Source: Candidatus Latescibacterota bacterium (GTDB lineage Bacteria > Latescibacterota > UBA2968 > UBA8231). Taken from it: DNA of 64,000 nucleotides. The notes under the pieces are model-generated. The model ran no database searches. It saw only the letters and a program-made list of their open reading frames with translations, and had not been told where the DNA came from. Shown here piece after piece: positions 19,477 to 28,780 of this stretch. The stretch's first letter is position 1, and every line of letters begins with the position of its first letter. Location: assembly GCA_965206595.1 (NCBI GenBank), contig OZ242214.1, positions 96,001-160,000 on the forward strand, in the 5' to 3' direction. The position numbers and the translations under genes were made by a program.

Positions 19477-21119
19477 TGCTCCACCTCTTCGAGCAGTTTC
19501 TCCAGCCCCGCAGTTATTTCACGCTCGATCGCCAGCACCTCGCGGATCAGCTCCGCGGGATCCTCGTCCGGAACCGGCTCGGCAACCCGTGGCTTGTAGC
19601 GCGAGGCGGTGAGGTTGTAGTCGTTCTCCGCAATGGTTTCGAACGGCGCCCACCAGCAGCGGGGCTCCTCGCTGCCCGGGTCGAGCACGGCGCCGGCTTC
19701 CTCGCCGGGTGGTTTCTCGAAGCGGGATTCCTTGTAATCGTTCCAGGCCGCCAGCAGCCCGGGGATGTCGTTCTCCCCCGGCGTCTCCGGACGGCCGCCT
19801 CCCTGGATCTTGTCGGGGTCGTAGCCGTCGTTGCGGATCTCGTAGAACCACACCTGTCTCGTAGCCGTCCGGCCCTCTTCCGGCTCGGTCGCCGGGCGCC
19901 GGAAGACGAGCACGGAGGTTTTGACGCCGGCGTACGGTTTGAACACGCCGGCCGGCAGCGACACCACCGCTTGCAACTCGTATTCCCGCAGGAGCTTCTC
20001 GCGCAGTTCCTTGTGAGCTCTCGTCGAGCCGAAGAGCGCGCCCTCCGGTACCACCACGGCGCAACGTCCCCCCGGCGCCAGGGAGCGCAGCATCAGGGCA
20101 ATGAACAACAGCTCGCTCTTTCTCGATTTTGTTGGCAGATCCTGGCGAATCGAGTCCCTGGGGATCTGGCCGGCAAAAGGCGGGTTCGAGAGGATCACCG
20201 CGTAGCGCCGGTTCAGATCGTCCTCGGTGAGTCCGCTCATCTCGGAGAGGACGTTGGCGCGCTTGAGGCGGGCATGGCGGATCCCGTGGAGCACGAGGTT
20301 CATGACGGAGATCCGCATCATCTGGCGCGATACGTCGGTGCCGTAGATGGATGCCTCGAGCCGGCTCCAGTCGGGTATCCTCTCCCCCGGCCCCTTCCGG
20401 TAGGTCTGGAGATTGGGGATCTCCTCTTTCACCTCTTCGAGAGTTTGCCCCCGTTTCTCGAGCCAGTCCTCACCGTAGACCGGCACTTCCTGGGGCTCCT
20501 CGCTGTAGCGGGCAAGGATGTGGTCGACGACGTCGATGAGGAAACCGGCGGTGCCGCAGGCCGGGTCGTACATGGTGTCGCCCAAGTCCGGATCGGTCAT
20601 CTCGACCATGAAGGCGCGGATCTGTCGCGGGGTGCGGAACTGGCCGTTGAGCGCCGACTGTCCGAGATGGGTGAGCAGGTATTCGAAGATGTCGCCCTTG
20701 ATGTCGGGCCCGAGCTTGCGAAAGTCGATGGAGTCGAACATGTCGATCACCTGCTTGAGCACGTTCGGATCGACGATCTCGAGCACGGCGTCGCGAAAGT
20801 ACTCGGCCACCTGCGGGTCGTCCTTGACCAGCGACGCCATGTACGGGAAGACCTCGTCGCGCACGAAGTTGCGCAGATCCTCTCCGCTCTTGAAGCGCCA
20901 CTTGGACCAGCGGAAGCGCTCGGCCTGCGCGGGAAAGAGGAGAGCGCCGTTGCCGGCCCCGAGCCGGCCTTGGAGCTCGCGGGTGGTTTCCTCCTCGTCG
21001 AGGAGCTTCAGGTATATGAGGTAGGAGATCTGCTCGATATAGGTGACGGGATTGGTCACGCCACCGGCCCACAGGATGTCGGTGATCTGGTCGAGCTTGC
21101 GCCGCAGTGTCTGGTCCAT
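19473..21119 (-). CDS. hsdM: Type I R-M N6-adenine methyltransferase
   Basis: GQFRTPR, DPACGTAGFL, NPPF and SLPAGVFKPYAGVKT motifs; start at MDQTLRRK. Confidence 0.95.
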   Translation of the reverse strand: MDQTLRRKLDQITDILWAGGVTNPVTYIEQISYLIYLKLLDEEETTRELQGRLGAGNGALLFPAQAERFRWSKWRFKSGEDLRNFVRDEVFPYMASLVKDDPQVAEYFRDAVLEIVDPNVLKQVIDMFDSIDFRKLGPDIKGDIFEYLLTHLGQSALNGQFRTPRQIRAFMVEMTDPDLGDTMYDPACGTAGFLIDVVDHILARYSEEPQEVPVYGEDWLEKRGQTLEEVKEEIPNLQTYRKGPGERIPDWSRLEASIYGTDVSRQMMRISVMNLVLHGIRHARLKRANVLSEMSGLTEDDLNRRYAVILSNPPFAGQIPRDSIRQDLPTKSRKSELLFIALMLRSLAPGGRCAVVVPEGALFGSTRAHKELREKLLREYELQAVVSLPAGVFKPYAGVKTSVLVFRRPATEPEEGRTATRQVWFYEIRNDGYDPDKIQGGGRPETPGENDIPGLLAAWNDYKESRFEKPPGEEAGAVLDPGSEEPRCWWAPFETIAENDYNLTASRYKPRVAEPVPDEDPAELIREVLAIEREITAGLEKLLEEVEQ

Positions 21120-21129
21120 CCCGTTCCTT

Positions 21130-23862
21130 TCAGCTCGCAGTCCTGAAGACGTCTTCGTCCAGCTGCTCCACCACCTGCCTGAGACCATCCTCGCCGAACA
21201 ACTCGACTCCCCTGCCGGCGGCGTCGAGAATCGACAGCGGCGGCTCGAACAGGTCGTTCAGGCTTACTCGGCCCGTGGCGATGCCCCGATTCTTCAGCAG
21301 GCAGAGGTACTCCGCCTGCTGCGGGGTGAGGGCCCGCACTACGAGCCAGGCTCGGAAGGCCTCTTCGAGCTTCTCCTCTCGGCTCTTGATGCGCAGCCGC
21401 CCGAGCGCGGCGCGGATGAAATCGACGAAGTTGCCGCCTGGCTCGCGGTAGGCGCGGCGCAGGTTCTCCTGGTTGAAGTAGTGCTCGGGCTGGTTGAGGC
21501 GGCGGGCAAGCTCCTCCTCTTCGTCCGGCTCGAGATGCTCTTCGTCGCGCACTTTCTGAAGCAGCGGATCGTCGGCCGCCCGGGATCGGATCGTCTCCAT
21601 CCAGCGGGTTAGGTATTCCTCCTTGTCGACTCGTTCTCCCTCGGGGCCGACCTCGACGTAGGTGACTGCTTCCAGCCACTCGTCCTCCAGCCCGAGCTCG
21701 ACGAGATCCCGCGTCTCCGGCCCTGTCCTGGGGCCGCTCGGGGCATGTCCACCCGACGTTCCGGTGAACACGTCGGTATCGCTGTCGTTGAAGTACTGGT
21801 GATTCCTGAAGAAGTCGTAGATGACAAATTTCCGCTTGCGGATATGCGGCGCGGTGCGCGTGCCCCGGCCTCGCATCTGCTGGTAGAGAATGGGGCTTCG
21901 CACCCTCCGGCAGAGCACGAGGTGGAGGATCTCGCGGCAGTCGAAGCCGGTGTCGAGCATGCCGACGCTCACCGCGACCATGGGGAAGGTCTCGGTCTTG
22001 AACCGGCGAATCAGGGTGTCCGGATCGGCCACGTCGGAGGTGATGACCTCGGCATAGCGGCCCTTGTGTTCGGGGTGCAGCTCGTTCAGGTACTGCGCCA
22101 GTCTCGCCGCGTGGTGCTTGGTGATGGCGAAGACGATCCCCTTGCCCGGGCCCGGGTCCTGGCCGGGAGCCAGTTCCGAATAGGTCTCCCAGGCAAGCCG
22201 GTCGAACTCCTCCATCATAAGGCGGTTGGTCTCTTCGTTGGTCCAGGCGCGTTCGAACTCGACTGGGTCATAGTGTTCGTCGTCGAGTTCGGCCCCCTGG
22301 GCCAGGATCTCGGTGATGCCTCTGGCGAAGCGGTAGGGCACGAGGTATTCCTCGTTGAAGGCGTCCTTTATTGAATAGGAGACGTCCGGTTTGCCCGGCT
22401 CGCACTGGTAGAAGTCGTAGGTGTTGCGCTCGATGAAGCTTGCCGGCGTGGCCGTGAGTCCGATATGGAGGGCGTCGAATCGCGTGAGCGCTCCCTGCCA
22501 GGCGCCATAGATGGAGCGGTGGCATTCGTCGGCGATGACGATGTCGAAGTAGCCGGCGGTGTACTCGTCGACGCGGCCAATCATGGTCTGAAGCAGGGTA
22601 ACGGTGATCTGCTGCTCCTGGCGCGCCATGCCGGGCCGCAGCCAGTAGCTCGAATACGCACCCAGAATGTCCTGGATGGCTTCAAGAGCCTGCTTGGCGA
22701 GCTGGTCGCGGTCCGCCAGGAAGAGGATTCGCTCGGCCCAGCCGGCTTGCAGGAGTCGCTTCAGGTAGAGGCAGATGAGGTCGGTCTTGCCGGTACCGGT
22801 CGGCAGCTCGATCAGGAAGCGCCGCCTGCCGAGCTCCAGCGCGTGGTCGAGCGCCTGCATCGCCTCGGCCTGGTAGGGCCGCACCGTGCGCGTTTCCCCC
22901 TGGCGGATGTAGTGCTCCGGGATTTCGACCGTGGCGAGCGGCCTGCGCGTCTCCCGCGTCTCCACCATGCGCTCGAGATCACGCTGAGAGAAGAAGCCGG
23001 CGATGGGGCGGGCGTCGTCGTTCTGGTAGTCCCAGAAGTAGGTCAGCTCCCCGTTGGTGAGGAAGATGAAGGGTGCTTCGAGCGCCTTGGCGTAGGGCAG
23101 GGCCTGTTGCTTGGCGACATAGGGATTGATGGCGTTCCTCTTTGCCTCGATGACGGCCAGCGGGCGGCCGCGCTGGTCGTAGAGGACGTAGTCGGCGCGG
23201 CCGGTTGAAGCGTCATCCGCGGCTTCGAGCAGGCAGACGAACTCGCCGACGACGCGGAGGTCCCCTTCTGCGCCTGGGTCGAAGACGAGGTCCTCGTAAG
23301 CCGGATCCGGATTGAGCGGCTGCAGCCGGATTTCGCGATGGCTCCAGCTGTCCCCATCCGGTTCGGCTGCTTTCGTGCTGCTGTATTTCTTGACGGAGAA
23401 CTCGCCTCCGAGCGCCGGATCGGTGCAGCCGCGGTGCCAGACGAGGACGAGCTTTCCCTCCCTGGTCCCGCCGCGGTCCGTCCGAAACAGGCAGTAGGAA
23501 CCGTCGGGGATGGCCGGCTCCATAGAGTGCCCTTCGATGCGGGCAACGAAGTGGTCGCGGGTGAGCCGGACGCGGCCCGGCACCGCCATCCAGCCGATTT
23601 CGTCATGCTCGGTTCCGACGGTCTGGTCCGGGCTGAATTTTCCTGCCGCGGCAATCAGACCGTAGACCGGCGCGTGCGTTTCGAATGGCCTCGCTCCCAC
23701 GCGGTCGACGATTCGGGCGCGACTGGGGGCGGAAGCCGCCTGGACCTCGGTACCGACCATCGACTGGTCGTCCGCGTCCCAGCCGGACTGCGCCAGCAGT
23801 TCGTCGATAACTATGCGGGCGTCCGCCTCGTTTTCGCGCCGGTTCATCATTTCCTCGTCCAT
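21130..23862 (-). CDS. hsdR: Type I R-M restriction subunit (EcoEI/EcoAI-like) with an inserted S24 peptidase domain
   Basis: ADYVL..IEAK nuclease motif; RPYQ, PTGTGKT, DECH, LTATP and QMRGRGTR helicase motifs; residues about 63-212 are LexA-like. Confidence 0.92.
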   Translation of the reverse strand: MDEEMMNRRENEADARIVIDELLAQSGWDADDQSMVGTEVQAASAPSRARIVDRVGARPFETHAPVYGLIAAAGKFSPDQTVGTEHDEIGWMAVPGRVRLTRDHFVARIEGHSMEPAIPDGSYCLFRTDRGGTREGKLVLVWHRGCTDPALGGEFSVKKYSSTKAAEPDGDSWSHREIRLQPLNPDPAYEDLVFDPGAEGDLRVVGEFVCLLEAADDASTGRADYVLYDQRGRPLAVIEAKRNAINPYVAKQQALPYAKALEAPFIFLTNGELTYFWDYQNDDARPIAGFFSQRDLERMVETRETRRPLATVEIPEHYIRQGETRTVRPYQAEAMQALDHALELGRRRFLIELPTGTGKTDLICLYLKRLLQAGWAERILFLADRDQLAKQALEAIQDILGAYSSYWLRPGMARQEQQITVTLLQTMIGRVDEYTAGYFDIVIADECHRSIYGAWQGALTRFDALHIGLTATPASFIERNTYDFYQCEPGKPDVSYSIKDAFNEEYLVPYRFARGITEILAQGAELDDEHYDPVEFERAWTNEETNRLMMEEFDRLAWETYSELAPGQDPGPGKGIVFAITKHHAARLAQYLNELHPEHKGRYAEVITSDVADPDTLIRRFKTETFPMVAVSVGMLDTGFDCREILHLVLCRRVRSPILYQQMRGRGTRTAPHIRKRKFVIYDFFRNHQYFNDSDTDVFTGTSGGHAPSGPRTGPETRDLVELGLEDEWLEAVTYVEVGPEGERVDKEEYLTRWMETIRSRAADDPLLQKVRDEEHLEPDEEEELARRLNQPEHYFNQENLRRAYREPGGNFVDFIRAALGRLRIKSREEKLEEAFRAWLVVRALTPQQAEYLCLLKNRGIATGRVSLNDLFEPPLSILDAAGRGVELFGEDGLRQVVEQLDEDVFRTAS

Positions 23863-23893
23863 GGAAAATTAGATGAACGCAAAGCGCGTGCCA

Positions 23894-25402
23894 TCATTCG
23901 CCCACCCCGTAGCGTTTCATCCAGTTGGTGAGGGTCTGGTAGCTGGGCAGGCCGACGAGGTCGGCCGCCCTGGTCTTGTTGCCCTGCCCCTCGTCCAGGG
24001 CCCTCTCCAGGTAGTGGCGGGCCACGGATGCCAGAATCCCGGGCAGGTCGAGACCGTCGCCGAGGGGCTTGCCAAGCACCGATGCCTTTCCGGTTTCGCC
24101 CGCGGGCAGGAGGGAGTCGCGAATGTCCTCCGTCCTCAGCGTGGCTTCCGGGGTCCAGATCGCCGCGCGTCCCAGGGTGTTCTGCAGCTCGCGGACATTC
24201 CCGGGCCACGGGTGCGCGAGAAGGAGGTTTCTCGCTCCGGAAGAAAGTTCCTTCTCCACGAATCCCGGCTGCCCCCGCCCCTCCCGGTTCACGAGGGCGA
24301 GAATGTGATCGATCAGGAGCGGGAGATCGTCGCGCCGGTCCCGTAACGGGGGCAGTGGCAGCACCGCCACCGCCAGGCGATGGAAGAGGTCCTCGCGAAA
24401 GGCGCCGGCCGCCACTTCGGACAGGAGAGAGCGGTTGGTGGCCGCGATCATTCGCACGTCCACCTTGCGGCTACGAGAAGTCCCGACCGGAAGCACCTCC
24501 CCCTCCTGGAGCGCGCGCAGCAGCTTCACCTGCGCGGGCTTGGGAAGCTCTCCCACCTCGTCGAGGAACAGGGAGCCCCCGGATGCCTCCACGAAATGGC
24601 CTTTGCGGTCCTTTGTAGCCCCCGTAAATGCTCCCTTTACGTGACCGAAGAGCTCGGATTCGACGATCTCCGGAGGAATGGCGCCGCAGTTGACGGCCAC
24701 GAAAGGCTTGTCGCGCCGCGGACTGGTGCGATGGATGGCGCGGGCGAGAAGCTCCTTGCCGGTACCTGTCTCCCCTTCGATCAGCACCGGGACGGAGCGC
24801 GGGGCGACGCGGCGCGCCCGCAGGATCACGCGCTGCATGGCCTGGCTCCGGTGCAGGATCTCCTCGAATTCCGGCGCCTCCGGGGAGAGACCGGCGCTGA
24901 GGCGCTCGAGCTCCTCGTCCGGGCGGCGCAGCAGATCCGGAAGGAAGTCTGCTGAAATATCGAAGGGGACGGACACCGTGCTGACGCCGTGCTGCTTCGA
25001 GGACTCGATCAGCTCCGCGGGAAAGCGCGTCTTCGCGAGGATGATCCATACCGCGGCCATGGCCGGCGTGCCCGGGCTCAGGTGAAAGGTGAGGGCCGTG
25101 TCCCTGGGGCCGCCGGCCAAGGCCGTCTCGCAGGCGCGGACCGCGGCGACGTAGATCTCGCCGAATTGGGTGGGACCGGTGAGCTCCTCGTGGAGCAGGT
25201 GAAGGGTGGTGCCTTCGCAGCGCTGCTCGAGCCACTGCCGGTAGGGGCGAACGGCGCCGGCCTCGTGGTCGAAGAGCAGGTAGGCGTCATCGAACTCGCG
25301 GGCCATCAGCGCCTGGGCAACCGGCCCGGTTCCGACTGTCGGCTCCTCTTCGGGAGCGTCCAGGTCCGTGTTGCCTATCCAGGTGATGAGAGTCTTTAAC
25401 AC
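23894..25402 (-). CDS. Sigma54-dependent activator with an RtcR/CARF-like N-terminal domain
   Basis: [47 protein letters not shown] and a Fis HTH; N-terminal WIG.TD and [13 protein letters not shown]-like motifs. Confidence 0.88.
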   Translation of the reverse strand: MLKTLITWIGNTDLDAPEEEPTVGTGPVAQALMAREFDDAYLLFDHEAGAVRPYRQWLEQRCEGTTLHLLHEELTGPTQFGEIYVAAVRACETALAGGPRDTALTFHLSPGTPAMAAVWIILAKTRFPAELIESSKQHGVSTVSVPFDISADFLPDLLRRPDEELERLSAGLSPEAPEFEEILHRSQAMQRVILRARRVAPRSVPVLIEGETGTGKELLARAIHRTSPRRDKPFVAVNCGAIPPEIVESELFGHVKGAFTGATKDRKGHFVEASGGSLFLDEVGELPKPAQVKLLRALQEGEVLPVGTSRSRKVDVRMIAATNRSLLSEVAAGAFREDLFHRLAVAVLPLPPLRDRRDDLPLLIDHILALVNREGRGQPGFVEKELSSGARNLLLAHPWPGNVRELQNTLGRAAIWTPEATLRTEDIRDSLLPAGETGKASVLGKPLGDGLDLPGILASVARHYLERALDEGQGNKTRAADLVGLPSYQTLTNWMKRYGVGE

Positions 25403-25410
25403 GACTCCTG

Positions 25411-25439
25411 ATTATACAAGAAATATTGTAAATACACAA
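25411..25439 (-). promoter_or_regulatory. Sigma70-type promoter for the activator/R-M operon with an overlapping palindrome
   Basis: Minus strand TTGTGT-17 bp-TATAAT; TACAA-N6-TTGTA at 25415-25430. Confidence 0.6.
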
Positions 25440-25631
25440 ATAATTTTATGTAAAGACGAGGGCCCGTTTTCAGGATCTGAACATCTCTTGCCCCGAAAAT
25501 CTCTCCAAGATGAATTGCACATAACCATTTAATTAACAAGCACTTGTCTGATATTTCCATGAAAAATTGAGGCAAGGGGGAGACTGGAAAAATCTACGCT
25601 ACCCAATCTCCACATCAGGGGAGTTTCCTGC

Positions 25632-25647
25632 AGGCACGAAATGCGCT
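25632..25647 (+). promoter_or_regulatory. Candidate sigma54 (-24/-12) promoter facing the Ubl operon
   Basis: AGGCACGAAATGCGCT: GG-N10-GC spacing with GGCACG conserved, but the TT before GC is missing. Confidence 0.35.
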
Positions 25648-25750
25648 GGGGATTTGGAAATCCGGGTCCCCTGGCAAGGGCGTAATCGATCCCCCGAAAA
25701 AAAACTATAACGGATGTCCGCGCTCAGGACCCTGCCCGGCACTAGTTACC

Positions 25751-25766
25751 AAACTGGTACTAGTTT
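25751..25766. promoter_or_regulatory. Imperfect palindrome, possible operator
   Basis: AAACTGGTACTAGTTT (14/16 self-complementary) just upstream of the AAGGA RBS and the ATG at 25787; a related ACTAGTT is at 25741. Confidence 0.4.
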
Positions 25767-25994
25767 AACCAACAAGGACTGACATTATGACTACGGGTAC
25801 ACACGCCATAACTACGGATACACACGCCGTCCCCAGTGAGAAGATTGCAACGCTACAAGAGGCTCGATCTGCCATCGAGAACCTCCGCAATGAGGACTAC
25901 ACCAAGCTCATGCTCATCGCCCGCTACTTTGCGGTAACCAGACTGAATGGCACCGTTGTCGAGCCGGACGATCTCTTGCACGAAGCAATTTTAA

Positions 25995-27854
25995 CCCTTG
26001 TTATTCATGGAATTTTAGTGGAGAGGGCTGTACTGGGTGCCTCCCATGCTTAGATTTCAGAGGGAAACACAAGGCAGTATCGCCCTTTGAACCCATCACA
26101 CAGTAGGACACCCAATGGGTGAATTACCGTCACACACCGAGTCCGAGCAAGCCGGGCCGATTCAGCCGTCTTTCAACCGCTCCATCCACATCGAAGCCCG
26201 CCCCACCCACCTTGGCAGCGACACCGGTGCGCTGATGTTGCGTCAACTGCTCGAACACAGCCGGGTTCTGGATTGGGTCGACGCCCACTTCGAGGATCTC
26301 CGTACCCAAGACCAGATCACGCACCCGCTGCCGGAGCTGCTGCGCACACAGATCGTGCTGCTGGCACAGGGCTGGACCCACGCCGCCGACGCCGACGCGT
26401 TGCGCCAAGATCCGATCCTGCGTCTGGCGGTCAGCGATCGCAAAGGGCAGGCGCCGTTGCGCAGCGGCGACGAAGACCGGCCGCAGGGACTGGCCAGTCA
26501 GCCGACGCTGTCGCGCCTGCTCGAGCAAGCCTCGACTGCCTATAACCGCGAGGTGTTGGAGGAAGCCGTCCTGCGCAGCGCCCGGTCTCGTTGCCGGCTG
26601 CTGGAAGGACGGATGAAATACGAGGAGTTGGCCGTCGACATGGATGCCCTGCCGATGCCGGCGCACGGGCACCAGGCGGGGGTCGAATACAACGGCTACT
26701 TCCACGCCTCGGGGTACCATCCCCTGCTCCTCGGCTCGGCGCAGACGGGCGATTTCTTCGGTGCCGTGCTGCGGCCGGGCAACGTGCACGCCCATGAGGG
26801 CGCCTCAGAGGCTCTCGGCAAGCGCTTGGACTGGATTCAGTCGCATCTGGCCCGGCGCCTCATCCTGCGCTTCGACGCGGCCTCGGTGAGCGGGTCTTTC
26901 CTGAGTGAGCTGGAAGCGCGGGCCGACACCTCGTACGTGGCGCGCATCAAGAAGAATGCGCGCCTGGAGGAGCTGGCTCGTGCCTGGGTGGAAGGCTATC
27001 AGCAGGAGCTGGCGCAGCACCCGGAAGAGCTGCGGGAAGAGGGTTTTCGCTGTCGCGAGCTGCGCTATCAAGCCAGGTCCTGGGCGCAGCCCCGGCGGGT
27101 GGTGTTGGTCCTGGTCCCTTCCGAGACGGAAGAGCTGCCCATCGCCCGCCACTTCTTCCTGATCACCGACCAGAGTCCCCAGACGATGAGCGGCCGCGAC
27201 CTGGTCGCCTTTTATCGTCAGCGCGGCCTTTTCGAGCGCATGCTCGGCGAGTTGAGCTCCACCCTCCAGCCTCAGCTCTCCTCTACCACCCGTCGCAAGC
27301 AACACTACCGGGGTCGAGAGCCGCGTCAGCGCACCCCGTCCCGGGATGCCTTCGCTGCCAACCAGGCGCTTCTGACCTTGAACCTGCTGGCCTACAACCT
27401 GCTTCACCTGGGCCGCCAGGCCGCCGAACGCGCCGAGGCCCGACGCGGGCGGCCCCGCACATACGGACGCTCGACGACGGCCCTGAGCCTGGACAGTTTT
27501 CGACGGCGCTACCTGCGCCTGCCGTCCCGCGTCACCTTGCATGGGCGCAGGGTGGGCGTCATCCTGACCCAAGGGACGGCGGCTGCCTGGGATCGTCTGT
27601 GGAGATTTCTGGCCACGCTCAAACCGGTGGACGCGGCGATGGCGTAAGCGCAGGCCGGGTCGGTCGGGATGATGGGCTCGCAAAGGCAAGCGTCTTCGAG
27701 AAGGCGCGTACAATTTCAACAAGGTCGGTAGAGATAAGGAGACGGCTCTACCCAAAAAGCCGACTATAGAAGGGACGCAAGCCTCTGAGGCTAAGCAAAG
27801 GGGTCTCGGAAGCGCCTATGTCCGCTTATGCGCGGGTTGAATGAATAACAAAGG
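25995..27854 (+). mobile_element. Complete IS1380-family element, copy 2 (1860 bp)
   Basis: IRs CCCTTGTTATTCAT / CCTTTGTTATTCAT (13/14); 5-bp TSD TTTAA at 25990-25994 and 27855-27859. Confidence 0.95.
26115..27647 (+). CDS. IS1380-family transposase, intact
   Basis: 510 aa; SDTGAL, D.D.LR.DP, ASQPTLSR and DDE motifs. Confidence 0.93.
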   Translation: MGELPSHTESEQAGPIQPSFNRSIHIEARPTHLGSDTGALMLRQLLEHSRVLDWVDAHFEDLRTQDQITHPLPELLRTQIVLLAQGWTHAADADALRQDPILRLAVSDRKGQAPLRSGDEDRPQGLASQPTLSRLLEQASTAYNREVLEEAVLRSARSRCRLLEGRMKYEELAVDMDALPMPAHGHQAGVEYNGYFHASGYHPLLLGSAQTGDFFGAVLRPGNVHAHEGASEALGKRLDWIQSHLARRLILRFDAASVSGSFLSELEARADTSYVARIKKNARLEELARAWVEGYQQELAQHPEELREEGFRCRELRYQARSWAQPRRVVLVLVPSETEELPIARHFFLITDQSPQTMSGRDLVAFYRQRGLFERMLGELSSTLQPQLSSTTRRKQHYRGREPRQRTPSRDAFAANQALLTLNLLAYNLLHLGRQAAERAEARRGRPRTYGRSTTALSLDSFRRRYLRLPSRVTLHGRRVGVILTQGTAAAWDRLWRFLATLKPVDAAMA

Positions 27855-28234
27855 TTTAAAGACCCTCGATGGCCGCCGGCGTTGGAACCAGCAAGTTAGC
27901 ATCGTCAAACACCTTGACCGGGTCATGGAAAGTGACTCTGGCCATGAGGCCGAAAAACAGGCTGCTCGGGGCTTCAGTCAGCTACCCGAGGAAAACCTCG
28001 AGTCTGTCGACCAACAACCAAGTCCCGAAGCGCACCTTCTGGTCCACGACGAGCTTGAAAACTTGCTTGACCTTTTCGCCGGAGACGAGATCGCTCTCGA
28101 TCTCCTCCATCTGAAGGGCGACGACCTTTCCGCGTCCGAGATTCAACGCGCGCTCGGCATAGAAAAGAGGGAGTATGATACCGTGAGCAAGCGGATTCGT
28201 CGCCGCCTCGCCAAGCACTTAGCCAAGGAAGCAA

Positions 28235-28780
28235 ATGACCGGAGATCCCCACGGAAAGGACCTGACCAAGATGAACCGAGCACTGCGTGACATCCTCTTG
28301 GAGGCGTCTGAAGACGAACTCCGAGAAGCGTTCGCCGATACAGGCGAGGACCTCGACTCCCTTGCAGCCCGTGGAAAGGAAGCCGCCCAACGCGCCCTCT
28401 CCGAGACACGCGACGGCGCTGGGGTCGAAGACTTGCACCGGGGTCTGAGTGCGCTCCTTCAGATGCTGCGTCGACGTGAACAACTCTCCATTGACGTTCT
28501 CGCACAGAACGCCCACGTGGATGCATCTGAACTGCGCTGCATCGAACACGACCCGGCGTTTGACCCCAACCCCCGCACAATTTTCCAGCTTGAGCAGTAT
28601 TTCAAGCTCCCGGAGAGAAGCCTTGTCGTTCTCACTGGCGCGGTTCAGGTCGACGATGACGTTCGAGAGGAGGCGGTGCGCTTCGCTGCGAGTTCTGAAC
28701 ATATCTCAGATCTCACGAGAGCTCAGCGCAAGCAACTCAACCTATTCGTGAAGTTCCTGAGAAAACACACCGACCGATGA
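28235..28780 (+). CDS. XRE-family HTH protein
   Basis: LQMLRRREQLSIDVLA....VDASEL.CIE..PNPRTIFQL; ATGA overlap with the next gene. Confidence 0.8.
   Translation: MTGDPHGKDLTKMNRALRDILLEASEDELREAFADTGEDLDSLAARGKEAAQRALSETRDGAGVEDLHRGLSALLQMLRRREQLSIDVLAQNAHVDASELRCIEHDPAFDPNPRTIFQLEQYFKLPERSLVVLTGAVQVDDDVREEAVRFAASSEHISDLTRAQRKQLNLFVKFLRKHTDR

Larger units (their letters stand above)
25787..28290 (+). pseudogene. ECF/sigma70-like factor gene interrupted by IS1380
   Basis: Removing the IS and one TTTAA gives the in-frame join ..EPDDLLHEAIL-KTLDGRRRW.. (212 aa), with region-2-like DDLLHEA and a region-4-like HTH (LSASEIQRALGI..KRIRRRL). Confidence 0.78.

Noticed and set aside
1-27854. Composite transposon formed by the two IS1380 copies
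   Set aside because: Copy 2 has its own TTTAA TSD on both sides and sits inside a reconstructable gene, so it is an independent simple insertion.
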